A stretch of 31,269 nucleotides of DNA from a virus (Duplodnaviria > Heunggongvirae > Uroviricota > Caudoviricetes). Under the pieces are notes generated by a model that saw only the letters and a program-made list of their open reading frames with translations, searched no databases and was not told the origin of the DNA. The stretch lies in the IMG/VR virus record IMGVR_UViG_2651869696_000013. The stretch is one strand, 5' to 3'. Positions within the stretch are counted from its first letter, which is position 1. The number at the start of each line of letters is the position of its first letter. Shown here in pieces: positions 1-7,895 of this stretch. Both the position numbers and the translations under genes were made by a program.

Positions 1-996
1 TTATGGACGCATTATGGACATTCCTGACACCGGGTTAAGAGTCACTGCATCTTGTAAGAAATCCGGTGCAAAGTGTGCGTAGGTCATAGTTTGCTGAATG
101 TTAGAATGACCCAGGATGCGCTGCAATGTGATTATGTTACCTCCATTCATTATAAAATGTGTGGCAAATGTATGCCTCAAAACATGCACTGCCTGTCCGT
201 CAGGTAAATCGGGTTTTACTTCCCTGAGAGCGTTGCGCACTTTGTAGTAACTGGCATTAAAAAGCCTGCCTGAATTTTTGGTCTTGATCCGTTTAATCAG
301 GTCCTGCGAAACGGGAATTGTCCTGCGCTTTCCGTTTTTAGTTTTCATAAACGTAACCATCTGGTTAATGATGTGTTCAGCTTTTAAATTAGACACTTCA
401 CTCCAGCGTCCACCAGTAGAAAGGCAGACCAGAGTCGCATTTAATTCATCACCATCGAGCATGGATAACAGCCGTGTAATCTCTTCACTGGACAAAAAAG
501 CCATTTCTGTAACAGCTTCACGTAATCGCTTAACCTCACGGAACGGGTTGTGAGAATGGTATTCACCGGCGTCAATTAACTTGGTGAACATCCCGCTCAT
601 TATTGCCAGATGCCGATTTACGCTGGCTGGTTTTAGACCATCGTTCATCATTACAACGCGATAATCAGTTATCGTTTTCTTTGTTAGCTGGTCAGCTCTG
701 GACACTCCCATTTCTGCAAATTTGGCGATTATTGTCGTCAAACGCCCCCGTTCAATATCTCCACGCTCATGTGATTTTCCGTGATATATCCACCATCTGC
801 CTAACAACTCTGTAAGAGTTCGGCGGTCGGCTGGCTTCTCCAGCCACTCTTTGTTGTGGTAGTTAACCAGTACATGACGTTCGAATGCTTGAGCTTCACC
901 TTTAGTTTTAAATTTCCGCCTGATACGTTTTCCATCTGCACCCTGCGGTCTGACGTCCACTTCATAACGACCATCATCGAGCTTTTTAATAGACAT
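1..996 (-). CDS. int: tyrosine-recombinase integrase (P2 Int-like)
   Basis: 331-aa ORF; C-terminal HVLRHTFATH ... TMTYAHF matches the tyrosine recombinase catalytic box with active-site Tyr; position beside the C repressor as in P2. Confidence 0.9.
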   Translation of the reverse strand: MSIKKLDDGRYEVDVRPQGADGKRIRRKFKTKGEAQAFERHVLVNYHNKEWLEKPADRRTLTELLGRWWIYHGKSHERGDIERGRLTTIIAKFAEMGVSRADQLTKKTITDYRVVMMNDGLKPASVNRHLAIMSGMFTKLIDAGEYHSHNPFREVKRLREAVTEMAFLSSEEITRLLSMLDGDELNATLVCLSTGGRWSEVSNLKAEHIINQMVTFMKTKNGKRRTIPVSQDLIKRIKTKNSGRLFNASYYKVRNALREVKPDLPDGQAVHVLRHTFATHFIMNGGNIITLQRILGHSNIQQTMTYAHFAPDFLQDAVTLNPVSGMSIMRP

Positions 997-1089
997 AAAG
1001 CCCTCCGATGACGCTGTTTACTTCTACTACTTGAAAATTAATGCAATTTTCTTTCGTACATTTACTGCATACATATGCTGAATAAATCG

Positions 1090-1401
1090 TCAGCCAGTCT
1101 TTTGGTCTGAGTGGTGCAAGGTTGTTGAGTCTTGCCCAATGTGCGCGAGCGCCGGGGCTATTTGTCCGCCAGCGGGATCAGTTTCATCAAACATGAACCA
1201 GTCACGGTACTTGCGAAATCTTTCAGGCTTGAAAAATTTCATGCCTGCGTCAAAAGACATCTTTACTTTTCCCTGCTCATATCCAGCATAGGTGTTGTAG
1301 TTAATTCCAGTTAATTCAGCAACTTGCTTCCTTGTCATTCTTTCTGACTCCCGAATAAGTGCGAGTTTCTCTGCTTGAGATGTGATTTGTGTATTTGACA
1401 T
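1090..1401 (-). CDS. C: immunity repressor C (HTH)
   Basis: Start trimmed to ATG at 1401 (MSNTQITSQ...); HTH-like MTRKQVAELTGINYNTYAGYEQGK; C-terminus GQIAPALAH..GQKTG matches the P2 C C-terminus as recalled; divergent from cox. Confidence 0.75.
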   Translation of the reverse strand: MSNTQITSQAEKLALIRESERMTRKQVAELTGINYNTYAGYEQGKVKMSFDAGMKFFKPERFRKYRDWFMFDETDPAGGQIAPALAHIGQDSTTLHHSDQKTG

Positions 1402-1505
1402 GAGTTGTCGTATCTCGTAATTTATGTTGTATGCGACACACCAGAACAACGCAGAGCGGCTTCAAATAGCTCTGGTTGAATGGCACCAAAGTTGAGGATA
1501 TCAAA
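1402..1505. promoter_or_regulatory. divergent early control region (Pc/Pe-equivalent lysogeny/lytic switch)
   Basis: Inference from position between divergently oriented C and cox; promoters and operators not resolved from sequence alone. Confidence 0.4.
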
Positions 1506-1862
1506 ATGAGTATTGGATCAGAAATGAATAACGATGTTGGAGAAAAAGTATCTGATCTCACAAAAAGTAAAAAATGTGACATCAAACTTGCAGCCGCACC
1601 GTCGGATTTGCTCTCGAAAGAGGGATTTGCTCTTTACATCGGTAAGACGCCTCGTGCTGTTGCTGAAATGGCGAAAGCAGGCAAGTTACCAGCCTTTTAT
1701 ATGACGGACCCATTAAAGCCGGGCGGTCATGCTGAGTTATGGATTAATCGCCGTGAGTGGGACAAGTACGCAGCCCAACTAGTTGATGAAGCTCCGACAG
1801 AATGGCATGACTGGAAAAATCGCATTAGTTACAGCAAATCAAGACATGGCCGTGCGGCTTAA
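1506..1862 (+). CDS. cox: Cox/Apl-like early regulator-excisionase (diverged from P2 Cox)
   Basis: First gene of the rightward early operon; ATG 1506 with GAGG 8 nt upstream; segment LPAFYMTDP loosely recalls P2 Cox LPVIDMTDP; longer than P2 Cox (118 vs 91 aa). Confidence 0.55.
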   Translation: MSIGSEMNNDVGEKVSDLTKSKKCDIKLAAAPSDLLSKEGFALYIGKTPRAVAEMAKAGKLPAFYMTDPLKPGGHAELWINRREWDKYAAQLVDEAPTEWHDWKNRISYSKSRHGRAA

Positions 1863-1872
1863 GGTGGAAAGG

Positions 1873-2043
1873 ATGAACGAGCCTCGTTGTATTGCTCAGT
1901 TATTGCGTAACGAAAGCCCCAGGGCGATTGACTTCACCATTACCCACGGTAAGGGGCGTAAGGGAATCATTATCCGCACCAAAAAACAGAGTCCGTTAAA
2001 AAAGGCTCTGACCTTTCTGAAAAGCCGGAGGGTATGGAAATGA
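1873..2043 (+). CDS. small early hypothetical protein (P2 orf78 position)
   Basis: Stop overlaps B start (ATGA at 2040-2043), suggesting translational coupling; start uncertain (1846 or 1873). Confidence 0.35.
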   Translation: MNEPRCIAQLLRNESPRAIDFTITHGKGRKGIIIRTKKQSPLKKALTFLKSRRVWK

Positions 2044-2540
2044 CAGTGATGACGCTCAATCTCGTTGAAAAACAACCAGCAACTATGCGCCGGATAATTG
2101 GTAAGCATCTTGCCGTCCCTCGCTGGCAGGAGACATGTGATTATTATAATCAGATGATGGAGCGCGAACGGCTAACGGTTTGCTTCCATGCACAGTTAAA
2201 ACAGCGTCATGCAACGATGCGTTTTGAAGAAATGAACGACGTCGAACGTGAACGGCTGGTTTGTGCAATTGATGAATTGCGTGGGGCATTCTCAAAACGC
2301 CGTCAGGTCGGTGCAAGTGAGTATGCATATATTAGCTTTTTAACTGTCAGTCAGCGCCGTACTTTATTTATGCACGCACGACTGACAGAAAAAGAATTTA
2401 ATCAGCCATACTGGCGAATTAATGAAGAGTCATGTTACTGGCGTGATGCTTTATTCCGTGCATTACGTGAATTATTCAGTCTGTTTGAATATGCACCGAC
2501 AATTCTGACGTCGGTAAAACCAGAGCAATATCTGCATTAA
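2040..2540 (+). CDS. B: replication protein B-like
   Basis: 166-aa product from ATG 2040 (GGAG 9 nt upstream); position between cox and A and length as recalled for P2 B. Confidence 0.6.
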   Translation: MTVMTLNLVEKQPATMRRIIGKHLAVPRWQETCDYYNQMMERERLTVCFHAQLKQRHATMRFEEMNDVERERLVCAIDELRGAFSKRRQVGASEYAYISFLTVSQRRTLFMHARLTEKEFNQPYWRINEESCYWRDALFRALRELFSLFEYAPTILTSVKPEQYLH

Positions 2541-2603
2541 GTAATTAACCAAAGTTTTTAACGCACTTAATCGTACGGGGCTTCTTTTTGCCTGGAGAAA
2601 GTC

Positions 2604-2816
2604 ATGCATACAGTTTCTGAAAATCAGTGCGGTAAATACGCATTAATGCTGCAACAGGCCAGAACCGAAGCACAGGCCGATGCAGCAACGCGCTTTTCGT
2701 CTCATCTTGATGCCATGATTCGCCACATCACAAAGGCGGAGTTATCCCGCGTGGAGATAGTCGAGTTGCTCAGTCAGGAGTCTGCCAAATTCCATAATCT
2801 AGGACTCAATAAATAA
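2604..2816 (+). CDS. small early hypothetical protein
   Basis: 70-aa ORF with GGAGAAAG RBS; in the P2 orf80-83 block. Confidence 0.55.
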   Translation: MHTVSENQCGKYALMLQQARTEAQADAATRFSSHLDAMIRHITKAELSRVEIVELLSQESAKFHNLGLNK

Positions 2817-2830
2817 CAGGGAAGTTGGAG

Positions 2831-3076
2831 ATGACAAATACAAAATGGTTCAGGAAACGCTTAACAGATTATCAACTTTCATTACTTAAAAAATTAGATG
2901 ACAAGACTCCACTACATCCTTCAAGCGATGTCTTCCGCTCCTGTCCTAGTCGTGTGGAAAAAGCATTTATAGCAATGGGGAAATGGGGGCTTGTGATCAA
3001 ATCAAGAGAAGGTTTCTGTATTACCGATAATGGCCGGGAAATGATTGATTCTGCGGAGAGGGCATATAGCGAATGA
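2831..3076 (+). CDS. small early hypothetical protein
   Basis: ATG 2831 preceded by GGAG; stop overlaps next start (ATGA at 3073-3076). Confidence 0.55.
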   Translation: MTNTKWFRKRLTDYQLSLLKKLDDKTPLHPSSDVFRSCPSRVEKAFIAMGKWGLVIKSREGFCITDNGREMIDSAERAYSE

Positions 3077-3363
3077 AAAATATATTGCTTAATAACTGGC
3101 TGAAGATTTCAGTCATGAAAAATGGTGATTTGTCGCTAGCTGATATTAAACGCGATAAAAACACTGGGGATATGGTGGAATCAACTATAGCCATTTATGC
3201 GGATAAATTAAATCTCCTGTCTGATGTGGTCAATTTACTTGTTAAACGCGCTGTATTTCATAAGCAAATTTCATCCGTGGATGAACTGACAAAATTAACG
3301 ACAGAAATCGCCAGCTATTGCGCTGATGAATTTAAGAAGCTGAACGACAAAAGGAGCTGGTAA
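3073..3363 (+). CDS. small early hypothetical protein
   Basis: 96-aa ORF coupled to neighbours on both sides. Confidence 0.55.
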   Translation: MKNILLNNWLKISVMKNGDLSLADIKRDKNTGDMVESTIAIYADKLNLLSDVVNLLVKRAVFHKQISSVDELTKLTTEIASYCADEFKKLNDKRSW

Positions 3364-3587
3364 TGCCGGACAACGTAGATTTTATTCAGGAACAACAGGC
3401 TGAATTACTGGAGCGCCAGATTAACGCGGCAAGGGTAAAACATTGCGGTGTTTCTGCGCTGGTTTGCGAAGAGTGTGATGCGCTAATACCTGCTGCCCGT
3501 CGTGCGGCTTATCCGTCAGCCACGCGTTGTGTTTCCTGTCAGTCAGTCTTTGAAGCAAAAAACAAACATTACCGGAGAATGGCATGA
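3363..3587 (+). CDS. DksA/TraR-family C4 zinc-finger protein
   Basis: CxxC ... CxxC pattern (CEECDAL ... CVSCQ) in a 74-aa protein; AGGAG RBS; TAATG overlap with the upstream gene. Confidence 0.65.
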   Translation: MPDNVDFIQEQQAELLERQINAARVKHCGVSALVCEECDALIPAARRAAYPSATRCVSCQSVFEAKNKHYRRMA

Positions 3588-3859
3588 GCATTCGTATTGA
3601 AATTGGCGAACGTTATGTGGTTACCAGTGACAGCTTCCAGTTTATTCTCCACGAGAAAAAGAGAGCGGAAAGCGGTAAAAACGCCGGTCAGGAGTGGCTG
3701 GCGGTGGTTGGTTATTACCCGAAATTAAGCCAGCTCGTTTCCGGCCTGATGCATCACGATATTCTGACCGGAAGCGCAAAATCTTTTGCCGATTTAAACG
3801 CGCAGGTTGAGCAACTCAGCAAGCGTTGCTCAGAGGCTTTTGGCTCACATGGCCGTTAA
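3584..3859 (+). CDS. small early hypothetical protein
   Basis: 91-aa ORF, GGAGAA RBS, overlaps the A start. Confidence 0.55.
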   Translation: MSIRIEIGERYVVTSDSFQFILHEKKRAESGKNAGQEWLAVVGYYPKLSQLVSGLMHHDILTGSAKSFADLNAQVEQLSKRCSEAFGSHGR

Positions 3860-6134
3860 AGCCTCCGGGCGTTTTGTCCCTCCGTCAGCATTTGCCGCAG
3901 GCACCGGTAAGGCGTTTACCGGTGCTTATGCATGGAACGCGCCACGCGAGGCCGTCGGGCGCGAAAGACCCCTTACACGTGACGAGATGCGTCAGGTGCA
4001 AGGTGTTTTATCCACGATTAACCGCCTGCCTTACTTTTTGCGCTCGCTGTTTACTTCACGCTATGACTACATCCGGCGCAATAAAAGCCCGGTGCACGGG
4101 TTTTATTTCCTCACATCCACTTTTCAGCGTCGTTTATGGCCGCGCATTGAGCGCGTGAATCAGCGCCATGAAATGAACACCGACGCGTCGTTGCTGTTTC
4201 TGGCAGAGCGCGACCAGTATGCGCGCCTGCCGGGGATGAATGACAAGGAGCTGAAAAAGTTTGCCGCCCGTATCTCATCACAGCTTTTCATGATGTATGA
4301 GGAACTCTGCGATGCCTGGGTGGATGCGCATGGCGAGAAAGAATCGCTGTTTACGGATGAGGCGCAGGCTCACCTCTATGGTCATGTTGCTGGCGCTGCA
4401 CGTGCTTTCAATATTTCCCCTCTCTACTGGAAAAAATACCGTAAAGGACAGATGACCACGAGGCAGGCATATTCTGCCATTGCCCGCCTGTTTAACGATG
4501 AGTGGTGGACTCATCAGCTTAAAGGCCAGCGTATGCGCTGGCATGAGGCGTTACTGATTGCTGTCGGGGAGGTCAATAAAGACCGTTCTCCTTATGCCAG
4601 TAAACATGCCATTCGTGATGTGCGTGCGCGCCGCCAGGCAAATCTGGAGTTTCTTAAATCGTGTGACCTTGAGAACAGGGAAACCGGCGAGCGCATCGAC
4701 CTTATCAGTAAGGTGATGGGCAGTATTTCTAATCCTGAAATTCGCCGGATGGAGCTGATGAACACCATTGCCGGTATTGAGCGTTACGCCGCTGCAGAGG
4801 GTGATGTGGGGATGTTTATCACGCTGACCGCGCCGTCAAAGTATCACCCGACACGTCAGGTCGGAAAAGGCGAAAGTAAAACCGTGCAGCTTAATCACGG
4901 CTGGAATGATGAGGCATTTAATCCAAAGGATGCGCAGCGTTATCTCTGCCGTATCTGGAGCCTGATGCGCACGGCATTCAAGGATAATGATTTACAGGTC
5001 TACGGTTTGCGTGTCGTCGAGCCACACCACGACGGAACTCCGCACTGGCATATGATGCTTTTTTGTAATCCACGCCAGCGTAACCAGATTATTGAAATCA
5101 TGCGTCGCTACGCGCTCAAAGAGGATGGAGACGAAAGAGGAGCCGCGCGAAACCGTTTTCAGGCAAAACACCTTAATCGGGGCGGTGCTGCGGGGTATAT
5201 CGCGAAATACATCTCAAAAAACATCGACGGCTATGCACTGGATGGTCAGCTCGATAACGATACTGGCAGGCCGCTGAAAGATACTGCTGCGGCTGTTACC
5301 GCATGGGCGTCAACGTGGCGCATTCCGCAATTTAAAACGGTTGGTCTGCCGACAATGGGGGCTTACCGTGAACTACGCAAATTGCCTCGCGGTGTCAGCA
5401 TTGCTGATGAGTTTGACGAGCGCGTCGAGGCTGCACGCGCCGCTGCAGACAGTGGTGATTTTGCGTTGTATATCAGCGCGCAGGGCGGGGCAAATGTCCC
5501 GCGCGATTGTCAGACTGTCAGGGTCGCCCGTAGCCCGTCGGATGACGTTAACGAGTACGAGGAAGAAGTCGAGAGAGTGGTCGGCATTTACGCGCCGCAT
5601 CTCGGCGCGCGTCATATTCATATCACCAGAACGACGGACTGGCGCATTGTGCCGAAAGTTCCGGTCGTTGAGCCTTTGACTTTAAAAAGCGGCATCGCCG
5701 CGCCTCGGAGTCCTGTCAATAACTGTGGAAAGCTCAACGGTGGTGATACTTCGTTACCGGCTCCCACACCTTCTGAGCACGCCGCAGCCGTGCTTAATCT
5801 GGTTGATGACGGTGTTATTGAATGGAATGAAACTGAGGTCGTGAGGGCGCTCAGGGGCGCATTAAAACACGACCTGCGAACGCCAAACCGTCAGCAAAGA
5901 AACGGAAGCCCGTTAAAACCGCATGAAATTGCACCATCTGCCAGACTGATCCGGTCGGAACGATTGCAAATCACCCGTATCCGCGTTGACCTTGCTCAGA
6001 ACGGTATCAGGCCGCAGCGATGGGAGCTTGAGGCGCTGGCGCGTGGCGCGACCGTAAATTATGACGGGAAAAAATTCACGTATCCGGTCGCTGATGAATG
6101 GCCGGGATTCTCAACAGTAATGGAGTGGACATGA
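3849..6134 (+). CDS. A: rolling-circle replication initiator endonuclease gpA
   Basis: 761-aa product from ATG 3849 (MAVKASGRF...); HUH-like PHWHMMLF and paired tyrosines in GYIAKYISKN typical of the P2 A nickase. Confidence 0.92.
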   Translation: MAVKASGRFVPPSAFAAGTGKAFTGAYAWNAPREAVGRERPLTRDEMRQVQGVLSTINRLPYFLRSLFTSRYDYIRRNKSPVHGFYFLTSTFQRRLWPRIERVNQRHEMNTDASLLFLAERDQYARLPGMNDKELKKFAARISSQLFMMYEELCDAWVDAHGEKESLFTDEAQAHLYGHVAGAARAFNISPLYWKKYRKGQMTTRQAYSAIARLFNDEWWTHQLKGQRMRWHEALLIAVGEVNKDRSPYASKHAIRDVRARRQANLEFLKSCDLENRETGERIDLISKVMGSISNPEIRRMELMNTIAGIERYAAAEGDVGMFITLTAPSKYHPTRQVGKGESKTVQLNHGWNDEAFNPKDAQRYLCRIWSLMRTAFKDNDLQVYGLRVVEPHHDGTPHWHMMLFCNPRQRNQIIEIMRRYALKEDGDERGAARNRFQAKHLNRGGAAGYIAKYISKNIDGYALDGQLDNDTGRPLKDTAAAVTAWASTWRIPQFKTVGLPTMGAYRELRKLPRGVSIADEFDERVEAARAAADSGDFALYISAQGGANVPRDCQTVRVARSPSDDVNEYEEEVERVVGIYAPHLGARHIHITRTTDWRIVPKVPVVEPLTLKSGIAAPRSPVNNCGKLNGGDTSLPAPTPSEHAAAVLNLVDDGVIEWNETEVVRALRGALKHDLRTPNRQQRNGSPLKPHEIAPSARLIRSERLQITRIRVDLAQNGIRPQRWELEALARGATVNYDGKKFTYPVADEWPGFSTVMEWT

Positions 6135-6586
6135 TGGCAAAAATTCACGAGGTAAAGCTGCACGCAAAATATTTCGACCTTGTGCTGGAAGGAAAGAAAC
6201 GCGCAGAGTTTCGGAAAAATGACCGTAATTATGAGCGCGGGGACACGTTGATTTTGCATGAATGGGTGCAGGGTGTGTATACGGGGCGAAAGGTTGAAGC
6301 CCGGATAACAGATGTTACTGACCTGTCAGACTGGCTGGAAGATTATGTCTTGCTAAGTATTGAGCTGCTTAATACAGGTGCATATGAGATTGTGAACTGG
6401 AAAGAACTTAGTGAGCGTGGTCTGGTATTCAGAATTAATCATGAAATTATGCATCAGCTCGGCCTTGCTGTTATGTATGAACCAGAGACGGGGATGTCTG
6501 GCGGGGCAATGGTTGCCACGGATGGAGCATGGAACTATTCAGATGAACAGATGGAGCGTGCACAGCAAAACGGGTGGCTTGGATAA
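6131..6586 (+). CDS. ASCH/DUF3850-like domain protein
   Basis: ATG overlaps the A stop; N-terminal EVKLHAKYFDLVLEGKKRAEFRKNDRNYERGDTLILHEW resembles the ASCH (PUA-like) fold signature; call is by recalled similarity. Confidence 0.6.
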   Translation: MMAKIHEVKLHAKYFDLVLEGKKRAEFRKNDRNYERGDTLILHEWVQGVYTGRKVEARITDVTDLSDWLEDYVLLSIELLNTGAYEIVNWKELSERGLVFRINHEIMHQLGLAVMYEPETGMSGGAMVATDGAWNYSDEQMERAQQNGWLG

Positions 6587-6792
6587 TGCACAGAATACCA
6601 GGCGAGATACCTCAGCATAAAACTAAAAATATCAAGCTGATGGCCATTGTTCACCGTCTGCAGCGGATTATGGTCAACGAAAATCTGACGCCAGATGAGC
6701 TAGTCGGGTGTGCCGAAATAGTCCGGGATAATTACGGGCGGTTTAACCATATCGGTCAATCAAGAGTTACGCCACCACCACGAAGACGATAG
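6586..6792 (+). CDS. small hypothetical protein
   Basis: 68-aa ORF; ATG overlaps the upstream stop (TAATG); no recognisable motif. Confidence 0.4.
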   Translation: MHRIPGEIPQHKTKNIKLMAIVHRLQRIMVNENLTPDELVGCAEIVRDNYGRFNHIGQSRVTPPPRRR

Positions 6793-6913
6793 AGAACGCC
6801 GCCAGTCGTGAAACTTGTTTTCAGGGCTGGCGGGGTTGAACAACTCGCGAAGCGAGGCGTTAGTTGACAGTCATATTTTTACTGCGTTGGTGCTGGTTTT
6901 TGACGGTTGAAAG

Positions 6914-6938
6914 GAGTTAGCTCGGAGAGCTAAAGCTA
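6914..6938. repeat. nested palindrome GTTAGCTC-GGA-GAGCTAA-AGCTAAC upstream of the cargo cassette
   Basis: Read directly: TTAGCTC / GAGCTAA inverted repeat with 3-nt spacer, plus a second AGCTAAC copy that could pair alternatively. Confidence 0.3.
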
Positions 6939-7021
6939 ACAACTTACAAATATTCAAAAGTAAGCTTCCTGTTGCTAACATAAGATCGATTTTTTATGTG
7001 GATGATGCAAAAAGGATAGCT

Positions 7022-7753
7022 ATGGATATTGTAATCGCTTTTCTATCACTCGCTTTTTTCGTTGCTTTTTTCATCGGGTTAATCAAGCCATCACTGGTGC
7101 GGATGCCAAACCGTAAACGTGCAAGTGCGGTTTATCTCGGAGGTGGTTTTGCATTGAGCATAATTGGTTCAATACTCTACCCAACAGAAAAAAGCCAGCC
7201 AGTTGCTAAAACTGAAACAGCAACCGTAGCAGAACATCAGGCTCAAAAAACATTCGAATATACTGAAAAAACACTCAAGGAATATCGGAACGAGCCAAAG
7301 AAGACTCGACACGATATTGTGAATAGTTACATTAACTTTAAGAAAGTGCCAGTCACCGCATCAGATGCATTTTATGCTTGCATGAGTGAGTATACATTTA
7401 CCAAAGATGATGAGTTGAAACTCGGTGATGTTCTTGGATGGTGCTTTAATGATTATGAAAATGACCCGAATTCACTAAACAATAAAATCAATCTTGATAC
7501 ATTTCAGAGCAATTTTAGTGGTTGGGATGGTTCTTATCGTCCATTGGAAAAACTAATTAAGGATAATATGAACGATGATTCATCTTATAAACATGTGTCA
7601 ACGGTATATCATTTGGTTTTGAATAAAGACCCGCACGCCATTGTGAAAACCACATTTCGTGGCACTAATGCTTATGGAGGAGTAGTTAAACAGACTATTG
7701 CTGCGCGTGTCGACATCCGAACGGGCGAAGTCGTTTCAGTATTAGATAACTAA
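7022..7753 (+). CDS. cargo membrane protein: two N-terminal TM helices plus ~170-aa soluble domain; function unknown
   Basis: ATG 7022 with AAGGA 6 nt upstream (track start 6998 is GTG); hydrophobic stretches IVIAFLSLAFFVAFFIGLI and AVYLGGGFALSIIGSILY; AT-rich. Confidence 0.7.
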   Translation: MDIVIAFLSLAFFVAFFIGLIKPSLVRMPNRKRASAVYLGGGFALSIIGSILYPTEKSQPVAKTETATVAEHQAQKTFEYTEKTLKEYRNEPKKTRHDIVNSYINFKKVPVTASDAFYACMSEYTFTKDDELKLGDVLGWCFNDYENDPNSLNNKINLDTFQSNFSGWDGSYRPLEKLIKDNMNDDSSYKHVSTVYHLVLNKDPHAIVKTTFRGTNAYGGVVKQTIAARVDIRTGEVVSVLDN

Positions 7754-7788
7754 TCGTTGATGCCGTATTGATACTTGTTATACTAGTG

Positions 7789-7818
7789 GTGGAACGAGAC
7801 TGCAATAGTCTGTTCCAC
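7789..7818 (+). other. stem-loop between the two cargo genes
   Basis: GTGGAACGAGACT-GCAAT-AGTCTGTTCCAC, about 12 bp stem with one bulge; no downstream U-tract, so not a classic intrinsic terminator. Confidence 0.3.
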
Positions 7819-7895
7819 AACAGGAGTAATTACCTTGACTGTAAGTTGCTTTTATTGAGGGAACTATGAAGTTTAAGACTGAATTGAGTTGAAAA

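Noticed and set aside
3807-3848. N-terminal extensions in the ORF track (A from 3807, O from 12395, L from 15234, P to 12317, invertase from 23969, ogr from 30988, C to 1449)
   Set aside because: Track starts are the most upstream ATG/GTG/TTG; internal ATGs with an RBS give products matching recalled P2 protein N-termini and lengths, so starts were trimmed.
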